Shown here in pieces: positions 37,286 through 46,882 of a stretch of 64,000 bases of DNA. The notes beneath the pieces were generated by a model. It worked only from the letters and a program-made list of their open reading frames with translations, was not told where the DNA came from and ran no database searches. The stretch comes from Vicinamibacterales bacterium. GTDB taxonomy: Bacteria > Acidobacteriota > Vicinamibacteria > Vicinamibacterales > UBA8438. The DNA is taken from contig JAPYUM010000001.1 of the NCBI GenBank assembly GCA_029940535.1, forward strand, positions 76,773 through 140,772, read 5' to 3'. Within the stretch, counting starts at the first letter, position 1. Every line of letters begins with the position of its first letter. The translations under genes and the position numbers were made by a program.

Positions 37286-37310
37286 GGCGCCTCGTCGGAA
37301 AACCAAGGAG
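37286..37310 (+). promoter_or_regulatory. Shared 5' UTR module, copy 2 (GGCGCCTCGTCGGAAAACC-A-AGGAG)
   Basis: 24 of 25 nt identical to 35594..35618. Lies 5 nt upstream of ATG 37316. Confidence 0.5.
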
Positions 37311-37315
37311 AGTCC

Positions 37316-38122
37316 ATGACGTTTCAAACACACCTGCTCGAAGGACGGACTGCGCTCGTAACGGGGGGAGGAACCGGCATCTGCCGGGGTATCGCGCTGG
37401 AGCTTGCCCGCTACGGATGCGACGTGGCGATTACGAGTCGGTCCTCCGAACACCTGGACCCGACCGCGGATGAGATCCGCGCGACCGGCCGCCGTGCGGT
37501 AGCGGTCGCCGCCGACGTCAGGGACCCAGCGGCGATCCAGGGGGTCGTGGCGCAGACGGTCGAGGAACTGGGGGGGGTCGACATTCTCGTCAACGGCGCC
37601 GCCGGCAACTTCCTCTGTCTGGCCGAGAACCTGTCACCCAACGGGTTCGGGGCCGTGGTAGACATCGACCTCAAGGGAACCTTTCATTGCGCGAAGGCGG
37701 CGCTCCCGCACTTGAGACGCGCCGGCGGAGTCGTGCTGAATATCAGCGCGACCTTGCACTACCTGGGTACCCCGGCGCAGTTGCACGTCGCCTCGGCGAA
37801 GGCGGGCGTCGATGCGCTGACCCGGGTGCTTGCGGTCGAATGGGGGCCGTACGGCATCCGTGTCAACGGAATCGCCCCGGGGCCGATCGCCGACACCGAA
37901 GGCGTGCGCAGACTCCTCGACGACGCCGCCAAGACGCGGGTGGAGCAGGCCACGCCGCTCCAACGTCTCGGGCTCGTCAAAGACGTGAGCGACGCCGCCT
38001 TGTTCTTGTGCTCTGACGCAGCCTCCTACATCACTGGGCACACGCTGGTCGTTGACGGCGGTTCGTGGTTGACCGCCAGTCGTGATGCGTTCGCGGCTCC
38101 AGCCGACGGTGCGAGTGGGTGA
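37316..38122 (+). CDS. Short-chain dehydrogenase/reductase (2,4-dienoyl-CoA reductase-like)
   Basis: 268 aa. Cofactor motif TGGGTGIC, NGAAGNF and the S...K catalytic region of classical SDRs. Confidence 0.8.
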   Translation: MTFQTHLLEGRTALVTGGGTGICRGIALELARYGCDVAITSRSSEHLDPTADEIRATGRRAVAVAADVRDPAAIQGVVAQTVEELGGVDILVNGAAGNFLCLAENLSPNGFGAVVDIDLKGTFHCAKAALPHLRRAGGVVLNISATLHYLGTPAQLHVASAKAGVDALTRVLAVEWGPYGIRVNGIAPGPIADTEGVRRLLDDAAKTRVEQATPLQRLGLVKDVSDAALFLCSDAASYITGHTLVVDGGSWLTASRDAFAAPADGASG

Positions 38123-38419
38123 GCGCGCCGGCGCCGCGTGGCTTCGAGCCGGCCGCCGGGGGCCCGTATCTGTGTGCGGTGCGCCACGGTCTTCGACGCC
38201 CGTATGGGTCGATCGGACACGCTGGGCTGGAGTTCGCCCCGTGTGGGTGTCGGTTTCTCGGCGCCCAAGTGCCAGCGAACCGTCGACCCGGGCCACAACA
38301 GGACCCATGTTTACGGACCGCCCGACGACACGACCCGCGTTTCACCCCGTCGTCGTAGAGGACGCCCCGCTGACAGGATGGAGTATGCGGGTTGGTCCGA
38401 GTCTTGCAAAAAGGGAGGC

Positions 38420-39112
38420 ATGCTGAGACCAACGCAGCAGAAGCGAGTGGCGACCGCGTCGCGCCGCAGCCACCGCAGTGCCAGGCCGCCTCGGGACTCC
38501 TCCTCACCCGACACCATAGAGAAGCTCACGGCCGAGTTGGAGCGGTATAAACGGCGCCTCGAATCCTCGCAGTGCGAGTTTCAGCGTGTGGCCATGACCG
38601 ACCCGCTAACCGGGTGTCACAACCGCCGCTTCTTTGACCAGTTCCTCGACCGCGAGGTGCAGCGGCACGCCCGGTACAACATCCCGCTCACGTTGGTCTT
38701 CGTCGATGTGGATCGATTCAAGTCGGTCAACGACGATATGGGACACGCCATGGGCGACCGTCTCGTGCAACATGTCGTCAGCCTGCTCCAGCGTCATGTG
38801 CGAGGCTCCGACTATGTCTTCCGCTGGGGCGGCGATGAGTTCGTGGCGCTCATGTCCTGCACCGAGCGCGACGCGGCATCCAAGAGCGCGCAACTCAAGG
38901 CAGGGTTCGCTGTGTCTGTGCAAGGGTGGGCCCTTCCACCCGGTCTCGGGCTCAGTGTCGGGTGCGCCGAACTCGGCCACGCGGCTGGGAATATCGAAGC
39001 GCTGCTCGAGGAAGCCGACGCGCGCATGTATGCCGACAAGCACCGTCGACAAGCGCCAGTCGGCTCTCACCTCATGACCGAAACCCGCCCACAAGCGGCC
39101 GCTACCGCCTAG
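38420..39112 (+). CDS. Diguanylate cyclase (coiled-coil + GGDEF domain)
   Basis: 230 aa from ATG 38420 (GGGAGG at 38413..38418). DPLTGCHNRR, intact GGDEF (RWGGDEF) and an RGSD I-site five residues upstream. Confidence 0.8.
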   Translation: MLRPTQQKRVATASRRSHRSARPPRDSSSPDTIEKLTAELERYKRRLESSQCEFQRVAMTDPLTGCHNRRFFDQFLDREVQRHARYNIPLTLVFVDVDRFKSVNDDMGHAMGDRLVQHVVSLLQRHVRGSDYVFRWGGDEFVALMSCTERDAASKSAQLKAGFAVSVQGWALPPGLGLSVGCAELGHAAGNIEALLEEADARMYADKHRRQAPVGSHLMTETRPQAAATA

Positions 39113-41940
39113 CGCCAGCGGAAATCTACGCGTACTTCGCTGCCCTCTGGAGCACTTGGATCGGGCGGCTTGAGTGTGTAGCTGAAGCCGGCTTCGGGGA
39201 TGTCGGCCCCCCCAAAGGGGAGCGTGGGGCTTTGATAGCGGTTTGGCCGCTCGTCCGTGAAGGCGCTGACCGCCGCGAAGGGCGATGCCGATTCTCGGCT
39301 CATGATGCCGTCCCGCGGGCGATAGACCTCCAGGCCGTCGGCGTAATCCTTTATCGCGAAGGGGGCATCCGCCGAGTGCATGCCGCGGAGGGCTCGGTCA
39401 TAGAGTCGATACTGCGTCTGGCCGTCGCGGATACGCAGGTCAAACAGACTGCCGCCGGACTTGCGTGCGCGCCGCTCTGGACCGGGGAGGAATTCATTGA
39501 TGATGGTGTAGCCATACATCAGGGGCCGCCCGTTCCAGCTCAACCGCTCCATCGCCGGTTCACCGTCGACCAGGGCCTCCGAACACCGCGCTGAATCCTC
39601 CGGGGCCACGTCGGTCGAGTAGTAGGCCGGGCGACGCTGGAAGCACATGGCGTCGACAAAGCCGTCGCGGAGCAGGGGCTGCGCCGCGTCGTCGAACTGC
39701 CACTGGGTCCACCCGTCAGCGGTCTGATAGTACTGCTGCGGCAGGCCGGGGATCGCGAACTCCTGTGGATTGGCATCCACCACGAGCAAGAAGCCGCGTC
39801 CAGGCCCGGTCTCGGACGGCTCGTTCTGGCTCCACAGATACTCGCCGTTGTAGTACCACATCACCACCCCGGGACGGTAGTTGACGTTGATGGCCGACAT
39901 CTCCCCGTCGCGATCCGGAAAGAATGTGAAACCGGGGTGGGATAGCGCCCGATCATAGTTCTTGACAGTATCGAACGTGCGATACGGGTCGCGGTATTCC
40001 AACAGGTAGAAGTGCGGCACCGCCAGTTCGTGCCGTCCCGAGGACAAGGTAAAGCCCTGGGCCAGCCAGCCGGTCAGGTCGGGGCCCTCGAAGTCGTCGC
40101 GGAAGTCGATGGCGGGAATGGAGATGTTGTCGAGCAGCGCGCCATCCTCGACCGCCGCCATATCGGTGAAATAGGTGAAGCGCACCCTCACCTCGCGGCC
40201 CCGGTACTGGCTCAGGTCGAACGTCGCCTCAATCCACTGGGCCGCTTCGCAGGGGTCTGCCGTGGTGTCCGCGCCGACTCGATCTTCCGCCAGAGTGCGC
40301 GCCGCGGTGGGATCGCAGCCCCGCGCCCGTTCCACCTTGCCATCGCCGTCCAGGTCGCCACTGCGCCCGGTGAATCCCGGGGCGGACCCGGTCCCCTCAT
40401 GCCCCTTGACCGATGGCATGACGCTCTGTGTGTCATCGATGGCGCCCTTGTCCGTGGGCATGATGCGTCGGAATGGCTCGCCCGCACCGGCGACCTCGAC
40501 GTAGAGATAGTCCCACTCCGCTTCGATGACGAACCAGGCGTCCACGTTCATCATCACCGGGGCCGTGGCGGCGACCCCGCTGAGGTCGAACGTACGCGCC
40601 AGGGTTCGATTCATGTTGTTCCCTTGGCCCGAGTAGACGGCCTGCGCACCGTGCTCGGCCCCCAGCGGTCCCATCACGATGTCTCGCACCTTGGGCGGCA
40701 GAATCACCATGGCGGCGTCACAGAGGCCATCCGTTGCCATGTGGCCGGCCTCACCGCTCCAGTCGTTCATCGTTTTCAGATACAGCGACCCGGTGCGCGG
40801 GCCGCCGAGGTCGCCCGGTCGAACAACGCAGGGCTCCAACCAACCCAGTACCGTGCGCGACCAGGCGCTCAACTCCTGCGGTTCAGGTGAGGCGGTGCTC
40901 GACATGGCCTCCCAGGACGCGGTGGAGTTGTTGGTCGCCCTCGCATAGATGTCCGGCAGCCCCAGAGAGTGACCGAACTCGTGAATGAACGTGGACGGCT
41001 CGGTGTACTCGGACTGCATGTTGTAGTCCAGCACCCACATCCCCGTGCCGATGTCGGCCCCGCCGCGCACGTGCATGCGGCCGTCCACCATCGGACCGCT
41101 GTCCAAGTTCTGGCTCAGTGCGAACCGGTGCGGCCAAACCCGGTCCGCGCAGTCCTGTTCGGTCTGGGTCAGCCCGAAGAACGCGTCGGATGCGGCATTG
41201 GTATTGAGCTTTTCATCGAGCTTGTACAGACCCTGGCAGGACGATTGGCCCTTTCCGGCGACCACGAGAATGAAGTGATCAAGGTAACCATCCGGTTCGT
41301 CGAGATCGTCGTCCTCGTCAAAGTCCTGCGGATCCCACAGGTCGTAGTCCTGCCACGGGAAGTCCGGTTCTGCCGTCGTGGCGGCCTGCAGCGCGTCGAT
41401 GACCAACTCGCTCGCGCGCTCGTCGTTTCGCCAGCTGCCGTCCGAGTTTTGCACTGGCCGACCGTAGTGGTGCAACGGCTGTTCGAGTTCCACGACAGGG
41501 AAGATGTCTCCCGTGACGTTGTAGCGACCGCGTGACTGATGCCAGTAGTAGTGGGACAGGGTGCCTGGTTCGGGGTCCTCGGGGCCGCCCGCGAACAGGA
41601 GATCCTGGAAATAGGCCCGGTTCTTGTCGTCCTGAGCCGGGTCGTCGGCGAAGCGGTCGTAGCCCGTGTCGGCAAACCGTACCGGCAGGATCAGGAGTCT
41701 ATGAGGCCGTGTTCGTGGGGCGAGCACCGGCTTGATGGAGTCAGATTGGATCTGGGGATGGCCAAGTTGGTCGAACCGGAACTGTGCCAGCGATTCCACC
41801 ATCACCTGAGTGGGGTCCGGCTCGAGTGCCTGGCGACCGGGCTGTCCACCGGCAGCCAGCCCGGCCGGCGCGACCAGGACCACCGTCAGCCAGGAGATCA
41901 CCTTCACTTGCATCGGCGTGGCCGTGGCGGCGGCGCTCAC
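39109..41940 (-). CDS. Secreted M6-family metalloprotease (immune inhibitor A-like)
   Basis: 943 aa. Signal peptide and the zinc motif TFIHEFGHSLGLPDIY. The start may be ATG 41913 (MQVKVISWLTVVLVAPAGLAAG) rather than GTG 41940. Confidence 0.8.
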   Translation of the reverse strand: MSAAATATPMQVKVISWLTVVLVAPAGLAAGGQPGRQALEPDPTQVMVESLAQFRFDQLGHPQIQSDSIKPVLAPRTRPHRLLILPVRFADTGYDRFADDPAQDDKNRAYFQDLLFAGGPEDPEPGTLSHYYWHQSRGRYNVTGDIFPVVELEQPLHHYGRPVQNSDGSWRNDERASELVIDALQAATTAEPDFPWQDYDLWDPQDFDEDDDLDEPDGYLDHFILVVAGKGQSSCQGLYKLDEKLNTNAASDAFFGLTQTEQDCADRVWPHRFALSQNLDSGPMVDGRMHVRGGADIGTGMWVLDYNMQSEYTEPSTFIHEFGHSLGLPDIYARATNNSTASWEAMSSTASPEPQELSAWSRTVLGWLEPCVVRPGDLGGPRTGSLYLKTMNDWSGEAGHMATDGLCDAAMVILPPKVRDIVMGPLGAEHGAQAVYSGQGNNMNRTLARTFDLSGVAATAPVMMNVDAWFVIEAEWDYLYVEVAGAGEPFRRIMPTDKGAIDDTQSVMPSVKGHEGTGSAPGFTGRSGDLDGDGKVERARGCDPTAARTLAEDRVGADTTADPCEAAQWIEATFDLSQYRGREVRVRFTYFTDMAAVEDGALLDNISIPAIDFRDDFEGPDLTGWLAQGFTLSSGRHELAVPHFYLLEYRDPYRTFDTVKNYDRALSHPGFTFFPDRDGEMSAINVNYRPGVVMWYYNGEYLWSQNEPSETGPGRGFLLVVDANPQEFAIPGLPQQYYQTADGWTQWQFDDAAQPLLRDGFVDAMCFQRRPAYYSTDVAPEDSARCSEALVDGEPAMERLSWNGRPLMYGYTIINEFLPGPERRARKSGGSLFDLRIRDGQTQYRLYDRALRGMHSADAPFAIKDYADGLEVYRPRDGIMSRESASPFAAVSAFTDERPNRYQSPTLPFGGADIPEAGFSYTLKPPDPSAPEGSEVRVDFRWR

Positions 41941-42392
41941 TGCGTGCCACCCGAGGTCGCGGGCGCCTCGACCGGCGCCGGCCTCTGGTCGTAACCGCGT
42001 GCGACGTCGTGCTGGCGCACCTCGACGGCACCAAGTTTCTCCACTAGCAGCTGCATCGCTTTCTCGCTGTCACCGGCTCCGCAGTAGAACAGGTCCGCGG
42101 CAAAGTAGTTGAGTTCGGGCCAGGTGTGCACGGCGAGGTGCGATTCGGCCAGCATCGCCACCGCGGTGACCCCTTGCGGGCTGAACCGGCGGAGAGACAG
42201 GTCAAGGAGCGTGGCTCCGAGCACGTCGACGACTCGTTCCAGGAGGGCCCGGATGCTCTCCGCGTCGTCCAACCGCTCAGCCGGTGAGCCCCACGCGTCG
42301 ATCAGCACGTGTCGCCGCGTTTGTCCGCTGTGCGCGGACTGTCTGAGCGGTGCGACGTGCTTCCCGACAGCCATCAGACGATTCACGACCAC
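41937..42392 (-). CDS. speH: S-adenosylmethionine decarboxylase proenzyme (small class 1)
   Basis: 151 aa. Self-processing and active-site motif LAESHLAVHTWPE...DLFYCG. Confidence 0.75.
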   Translation of the reverse strand: MVVNRLMAVGKHVAPLRQSAHSGQTRRHVLIDAWGSPAERLDDAESIRALLERVVDVLGATLLDLSLRRFSPQGVTAVAMLAESHLAVHTWPELNYFAADLFYCGAGDSEKAMQLLVEKLGAVEVRQHDVARGYDQRPAPVEAPATSGGTQ

Positions 42393-42408
42393 AACACCCT
42401 GCCGCTGC

Positions 42409-42846
42409 TCACACGCGGTGAAGGTCAGGCTGCCAGTCCTTGACTGCCTGCTTGATGGGCGTCGCTTTGACGATGTTCTCGTCCAATACCTTGCGTGCCA
42501 AGGCTGGTAGCTCCGCGTCGCTCGCGAATCGCAGGCCCACCATCTGCGTCGGCGTGAAGTCGTTGATGCGGCCTTGGAGGTCGTCCGGAAGCAGCTCTCG
42601 CATGCGCAAGCGCATCTCGAGTCGAATGACTCGGTCCTGGGCGCCCAGCGCGAACACTCGCGCGAACAATGCCACGATGATCAGCGCCACACCGACCAGG
42701 ACGTCCAGGATCGCGTCGAACGTGAGCCCGCCCGAGAGCCAGTAGAGTCTGTACAGGAGGTTGACGAGCAAGATCGGGAACGCCACGTAGTGATACGGCG
42801 GGACAAAGCGGGCGTGGTTGGCAAAATTCTGCTCTTGTTCGGCCAT
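42409..42846 (-). CDS. Hypothetical small membrane protein (2 TM plus a cytoplasmic tail)
   Basis: 145 aa from ATG 42846 (GGAGGAGG upstream). Two hydrophobic helices; no function recognised. Confidence 0.5.
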   Translation of the reverse strand: MAEQEQNFANHARFVPPYHYVAFPILLVNLLYRLYWLSGGLTFDAILDVLVGVALIIVALFARVFALGAQDRVIRLEMRLRMRELLPDDLQGRINDFTPTQMVGLRFASDAELPALARKVLDENIVKATPIKQAVKDWQPDLHRV

Positions 42847-42986
42847 GGAGCCTCCTCCTATCCAGATGGTCGCCGATGAGAATCGTTCGGACTCACTATA
42901 GCAGGCCAGCCGCACGACCCGCCTTCGCCGAGGCTTCGGCGGGTAGGCCGTGCCTTGCTCACGACCTAGTGTAAGATCACAGGTTG

Positions 42987-44090
42987 ATGATTACGGAGAG
43001 CGCGTTGACCGAGACCAACACGACCGAGGCGAACACCGCGCTTGACGCGTGGGTGCGAGAGATCATCGAGTGGCATTTCAACCCTGACACCGGGTGCTCG
43101 TTCTGGCTGGATTGGGCCCGGCAGGCGGGCTGGGATCCGCGGCAGCAGGTCCAGAGCTTCGCCGATCTCAACAAGTTTCCGCACTTCGAAGACGACTGGC
43201 TCCGCGGGGGACCGGTGCGCCGGTGGGTGCCCAAGGCCTACGCCGACCGGCCGACGTTCGTGTTCGAGACCGGCGGCACGACGGGGATTCCAAAGAGCCG
43301 CGTGACGCAGGCGGATTTTCGCATCGACTATGAGCTGTTTTCCGACACGCTGCCTGAGGAGTTTTTCCCAAAGGGCAGCAACTGGCTCATGCTGGGGCCG
43401 AGCGGTCCACGCCGGCTCAGATTGGCGGTCGAACATCTGGCGCAATATCGGGGAGGCATCTGTTTTTGCGTCGACCTCGATCCCCGCTGGGTCATCAAGT
43501 TGATAAAAAAGGGTTGGATGGAGCACCTGCAGGCCTATCAGGACCACGTCATCGACCAGGCGGTCACGGTCTTGTCGGCAAGCCACGACATCAAGTGCAT
43601 GTTCGCGACACCGAAGTTGCTCGAGTCGCTGGCCGCTCGGTTGGAAGAGAACGGCTCCAGCCTGAAAGAGTCGGGTATCACCGGTATCTTCGCGGGCGGC
43701 ACCGAGTTCACGCCGCAATGGAACCGTTTCGCGCACGAGGAGTTGTTGGACGGCATCTACATGACGCCCACCTACGGCAACACCCTGATGGGCCTCGCGG
43801 CCAGTCCGCCCAGCGGGCCCGAGAACGGGTACAAGATCACCTACTACGCGCCGCAACCGCGCGCCGTCCTGCAGGTGGTGGATGTCGACGATCCGGAGAA
43901 GGTGGTTGGCTACGGCGAAACCGGGCGGGTGATGCTCACGACGCTCACAAAAGAGTTCTTTGTGCCCCGGTTCCAGGAACGTGACGAGGGTGAGCGGGAA
44001 CCGCCCTGCGAGCAGTACCCATGGGATGGGGTCAGCGGGGTTCGGCCGTTCAGCCAACTGGGGTCGGCCACGACGGTTGGCGTCTATTGA
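42987..44090 (+). CDS. Adenylate-forming enzyme, PaaK/LuxE-like (ANL N-domain only)
   Basis: 367 aa. DLNKFPHFEDDWLR followed by the P-loop-like FETGGTTGIPKSR, then YGNT and RFQERDEG. The length and the absence of an ANL C-domain resemble LuxE-type acyl-protein synthetases. The 363-aa antisense ORF is rejected. Confidence 0.55.
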   Translation: MITESALTETNTTEANTALDAWVREIIEWHFNPDTGCSFWLDWARQAGWDPRQQVQSFADLNKFPHFEDDWLRGGPVRRWVPKAYADRPTFVFETGGTTGIPKSRVTQADFRIDYELFSDTLPEEFFPKGSNWLMLGPSGPRRLRLAVEHLAQYRGGICFCVDLDPRWVIKLIKKGWMEHLQAYQDHVIDQAVTVLSASHDIKCMFATPKLLESLAARLEENGSSLKESGITGIFAGGTEFTPQWNRFAHEELLDGIYMTPTYGNTLMGLAASPPSGPENGYKITYYAPQPRAVLQVVDVDDPEKVVGYGETGRVMLTTLTKEFFVPRFQERDEGEREPPCEQYPWDGVSGVRPFSQLGSATTVGVY

Positions 44091-44173
44091 TCTGGCACCG
44101 GCCGTTCCGCCGTCGCGAGGTTACGGTGGACAGGGCCGGCAGGCTGACATTCGTAGCAGGGGGAGAAGCGCAA

Positions 44174-44680
44174 GTGCTGACAGCAATCAACGGGCGGCAG
44201 CGGCGGACGGCGAGTGGGATGGGCGGATTGGTTTTGGCGCTGGTCACCGGATTGGTGGCCTGCGGAGGCGGTGCGCCAGAGCCCGAGCCGATGGAAGAGC
44301 CCATGGCGCCAGATCCGATGGAGGACCGTTCGTCGGTGGTGCCGACGGTTGGCTTCGTCAGCCCAACCGACGGCGCGACCGTGTCTAGTCCGGTGTCGAT
44401 GGAGTTCATCGTGTCGAACCTCAACATCTCACCCGTGCCGGCGGAGGTCGAGACTCCGCGTCAGGGGATGGGGCATCATCACGTGGGGATCGATACCGAA
44501 TGCCTGGCGGTTGGGGAACCAATTCCGAAGGCCGACCCGTGGGTGCATTTCGGCGATGGCTCCAAAGTCTTTGAAACCCTGCTGCCGGCCGGTTCACACA
44601 CGCTGACGTTGCAGATCGGCGACGACGAGCATGTGACCCAGGGCGGACTGTGCACCACGATCTCGATCACCGTCGAATAG
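44174..44680 (+). CDS. Lipoprotein with a DUF4399-like domain
   Basis: Start at GTG 44174 after GGGGGAGAAG. Signal peptide with lipobox LVAC. His cluster GMGHHHVGID and an Ig-like beta pattern. Confidence 0.55.
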   Translation: MLTAINGRQRRTASGMGGLVLALVTGLVACGGGAPEPEPMEEPMAPDPMEDRSSVVPTVGFVSPTDGATVSSPVSMEFIVSNLNISPVPAEVETPRQGMGHHHVGIDTECLAVGEPIPKADPWVHFGDGSKVFETLLPAGSHTLTLQIGDDEHVTQGGLCTTISITVE

Positions 44681-44724
44681 ACGGGCTCGTCAACCGTTCA
44701 CGCTAATCCAGGACCGAGAGAGCC

Positions 44725-46146
44725 GTGATTCATTTTCCAATCCTCCGATGGGGACAGCCGTATACCAGCCTCGAAACTACACAGGTCCACCATTTCGCCA
44801 CGGGTGAGCCGGTGGCCGAGGTGAGCCAGGCGAACGCGGGCATGGTGGCCCGGGACCTGCGGAAGGGGTCGGAGCGCGCGCGTGACGCGTTGCGCGAGAT
44901 TCCCTGCGCGGACTTGCTGGCGATGGTCAAGAAGGGCGGCGAACTCTTCAAGTCGGCCGAGTTGCCACTTGGTGACGGTAGTCAGACGCCGGACGACTTC
45001 GTCCGGCAGCAGTCGGCCACGACCGGATTGCCCGAGCACATGTGCCGGATGAACATGGGCAAGCTCGAGTACGTGCTGAGCCATCTCGACCAGGTGCTCC
45101 GGTCGCTGACTCGCCGACTCGACTACGACATCCTGACTCGTGGCTACGGGGAAGAAGACGGCGTGATGCGCAGCTATCAGGCGACGGCGCCGGTGGTGGG
45201 CATGGTGTTGCCGTCCAACTCACCCGGCGTGCACAGTCTGTGGCTGCCGATCATCCCGCTGCAGATCGGGCTGGTACTCAAGCCTGGACCTCAAGAGCCC
45301 TGGACCCCGTGGCGGATGGCCCAGGCGTTCTTCGAAGCAGGAATTCCGAAGGAGGCGATCTGCCTCTATCCGGGGCTCGGCGAAGTGGGTGCGGCGGTGC
45401 TGAACAACACGACCCGCAGTCTGATTTTCGGTGGCACCGCCACCGTCGAGCAGTACGCCGCCAGTCCGGGGGTCCAGGTGCATGGACCCGGGTTCAGCAA
45501 GATTTTGATCGGCGAGGACAAGGTCGACGACTGGGAACAGTATGTGGACCTCATGGTCGACAGCGTGCTGACCAATAGCGGCCGCGGGTGCATCAACTGT
45601 TCGGGCATCTGGGCCCCGCGCCACACGCGCGAGATCGCCGAAGCGGTGGCCGCGCGTCTGGGACCGATTGCGCCCCGGCCTCCGGAGGACCCGGAGGCGG
45701 CCCTCGCCGCCTTCACCGTGCCGGGTCAGGCGACCGCGATCTCGGCCGACATCGACAACGCGTTGAAGGAGCCGGGCGTCGAGGAAGTATCCGCCAAGCA
45801 TCAGGACGGCGGTCGGCTGGTCTCGCGTGAGCGGTGCGACTACATCCGTCCCACGGTCGTCCACTGCGCGTCGCCCGACGTGGCAATGGCCAAAAAGGAG
45901 TACATGTACCCGTTCGTGACCGTGGTCGAGTGCCCGCAAGACCAGATGCTCAAGACGATTGGGGAGACGCTGGTCGCGACCGGACTCACCGAAGATCCGG
46001 TGTTCACACGCGCTCTGCTGGACGCCCGAAACATTGACCGGCTGAACATCGGGCCGGTGCCGACGATCAAGCTCAACTGGCTGCAGCCGCACGAAGGAAA
46101 CATCGTGGACTTCCTCTTCCGGCCGCGGGCGTTCCAACAGGGATAA
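44725..46146 (+). CDS. Aldehyde dehydrogenase superfamily protein (possibly acyl-CoA/acyl-enzyme reductase, LuxC-like role)
   Basis: 473 aa. ALDH-type motifs LPSNSPGVHSLW...LVLKPGPQEPWTP and the catalytic Cys region NSGRGCINCSG. Confidence 0.65.
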   Translation: MIHFPILRWGQPYTSLETTQVHHFATGEPVAEVSQANAGMVARDLRKGSERARDALREIPCADLLAMVKKGGELFKSAELPLGDGSQTPDDFVRQQSATTGLPEHMCRMNMGKLEYVLSHLDQVLRSLTRRLDYDILTRGYGEEDGVMRSYQATAPVVGMVLPSNSPGVHSLWLPIIPLQIGLVLKPGPQEPWTPWRMAQAFFEAGIPKEAICLYPGLGEVGAAVLNNTTRSLIFGGTATVEQYAASPGVQVHGPGFSKILIGEDKVDDWEQYVDLMVDSVLTNSGRGCINCSGIWAPRHTREIAEAVAARLGPIAPRPPEDPEAALAAFTVPGQATAISADIDNALKEPGVEEVSAKHQDGGRLVSRERCDYIRPTVVHCASPDVAMAKKEYMYPFVTVVECPQDQMLKTIGETLVATGLTEDPVFTRALLDARNIDRLNIGPVPTIKLNWLQPHEGNIVDFLFRPRAFQQG

Positions 46147-46207
46147 CGGCCGCGGCCGCGGCCGCCGCGCAGAAGCGCGAGCCGCCGGGCCGGCGTCCAA
46201 GAGACAC

Positions 46208-46882
46208 GTGCTCGAAGTCACCAACCTCGCCAAGTCCTACCCGACCCCACGCGGGCCGCTGACCATCCTGTCGAACCTCACGCTGTCGCTGCGACCTGGC
46301 GACGCGGCGTCGATCGTGGGTCCATCCGGTAGTGGGAAGAGCACGCTGTTGTATGTCCTGGGCGCGCTGGAGCCGCCGACGGCAGGCACGGTCACGCTGG
46401 ACGGGGTCGACCCGTTCGCGTTGTCGTCGACCGAGCTCGCTGTGTTCAGGAATCGGCGTGTCGGCTTCGTCTTTCAAGACCATCTCTTGCTGCCGCAGTG
46501 CACCGTGTTGGAGAACGTGCTGATACCCACGTTGGTCGGAGAGCGCGAACCGGACGCCGCGGAGCGCGCCCGCGAGCTGCTTGATGGGGTGGGCCTGGCC
46601 GACCGTCTGGACCATCGTCCCGGTGAACTCTCCGGCGGCGAGCGGCAGCGGGTGTCTCTCGCGCGTGCCCTCATTCGGCGCCCGCCGCTGCTGCTGTGTG
46701 ACGAGCCCACCGGCAACCTCGACCGCGCGGCGGGTGACGTGGTGGCATCCATGCTGTTCGACCTGCACGAGCGCCAGAAGACGGTGCTTCTCATCGTGAC
46801 CCACAACATCGCGCTTGCGGCCCGTTGCCCAATCCAGTTCGAACTGGTCGGCGATCGGCTCGCACGGGTGGACGAACCATGA
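46208..46882 (+). CDS. ABC transporter ATP-binding protein (LolD/MacB type)
   Basis: 224 aa. Walker A GPSGSGKST, signature LSGGERQR and Walker B LLLCDEP. Confidence 0.9.
   Translation: MLEVTNLAKSYPTPRGPLTILSNLTLSLRPGDAASIVGPSGSGKSTLLYVLGALEPPTAGTVTLDGVDPFALSSTELAVFRNRRVGFVFQDHLLLPQCTVLENVLIPTLVGEREPDAAERARELLDGVGLADRLDHRPGELSGGERQRVSLARALIRRPPLLLCDEPTGNLDRAAGDVVASMLFDLHERQKTVLLIVTHNIALAARCPIQFELVGDRLARVDEP

Noticed and set aside
38138-38419. Long N-terminal extension of the GGDEF ORF, and the possibility of a riboswitch in this ~300-nt gap
   Set aside because: The extension translation is junk-like. A good SD and ATG occur at 38420. I could not recognise a c-di-GMP or any other riboswitch consensus, and no convincing structure was seen by eye.
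42966-44057. 363-aa minus-strand ORF opposite the adenylate-forming enzyme gene
   Set aside because: The plus-strand product carries ANL-type motifs (GGTTGIPK, YGNT) and has a normal composition. The minus-strand product is Arg/Pro/His-rich junk. The antisense ORFs at 45220..46233, 47686..48924, 49054..49899 and 52887..53942 are rejected for the same reason.
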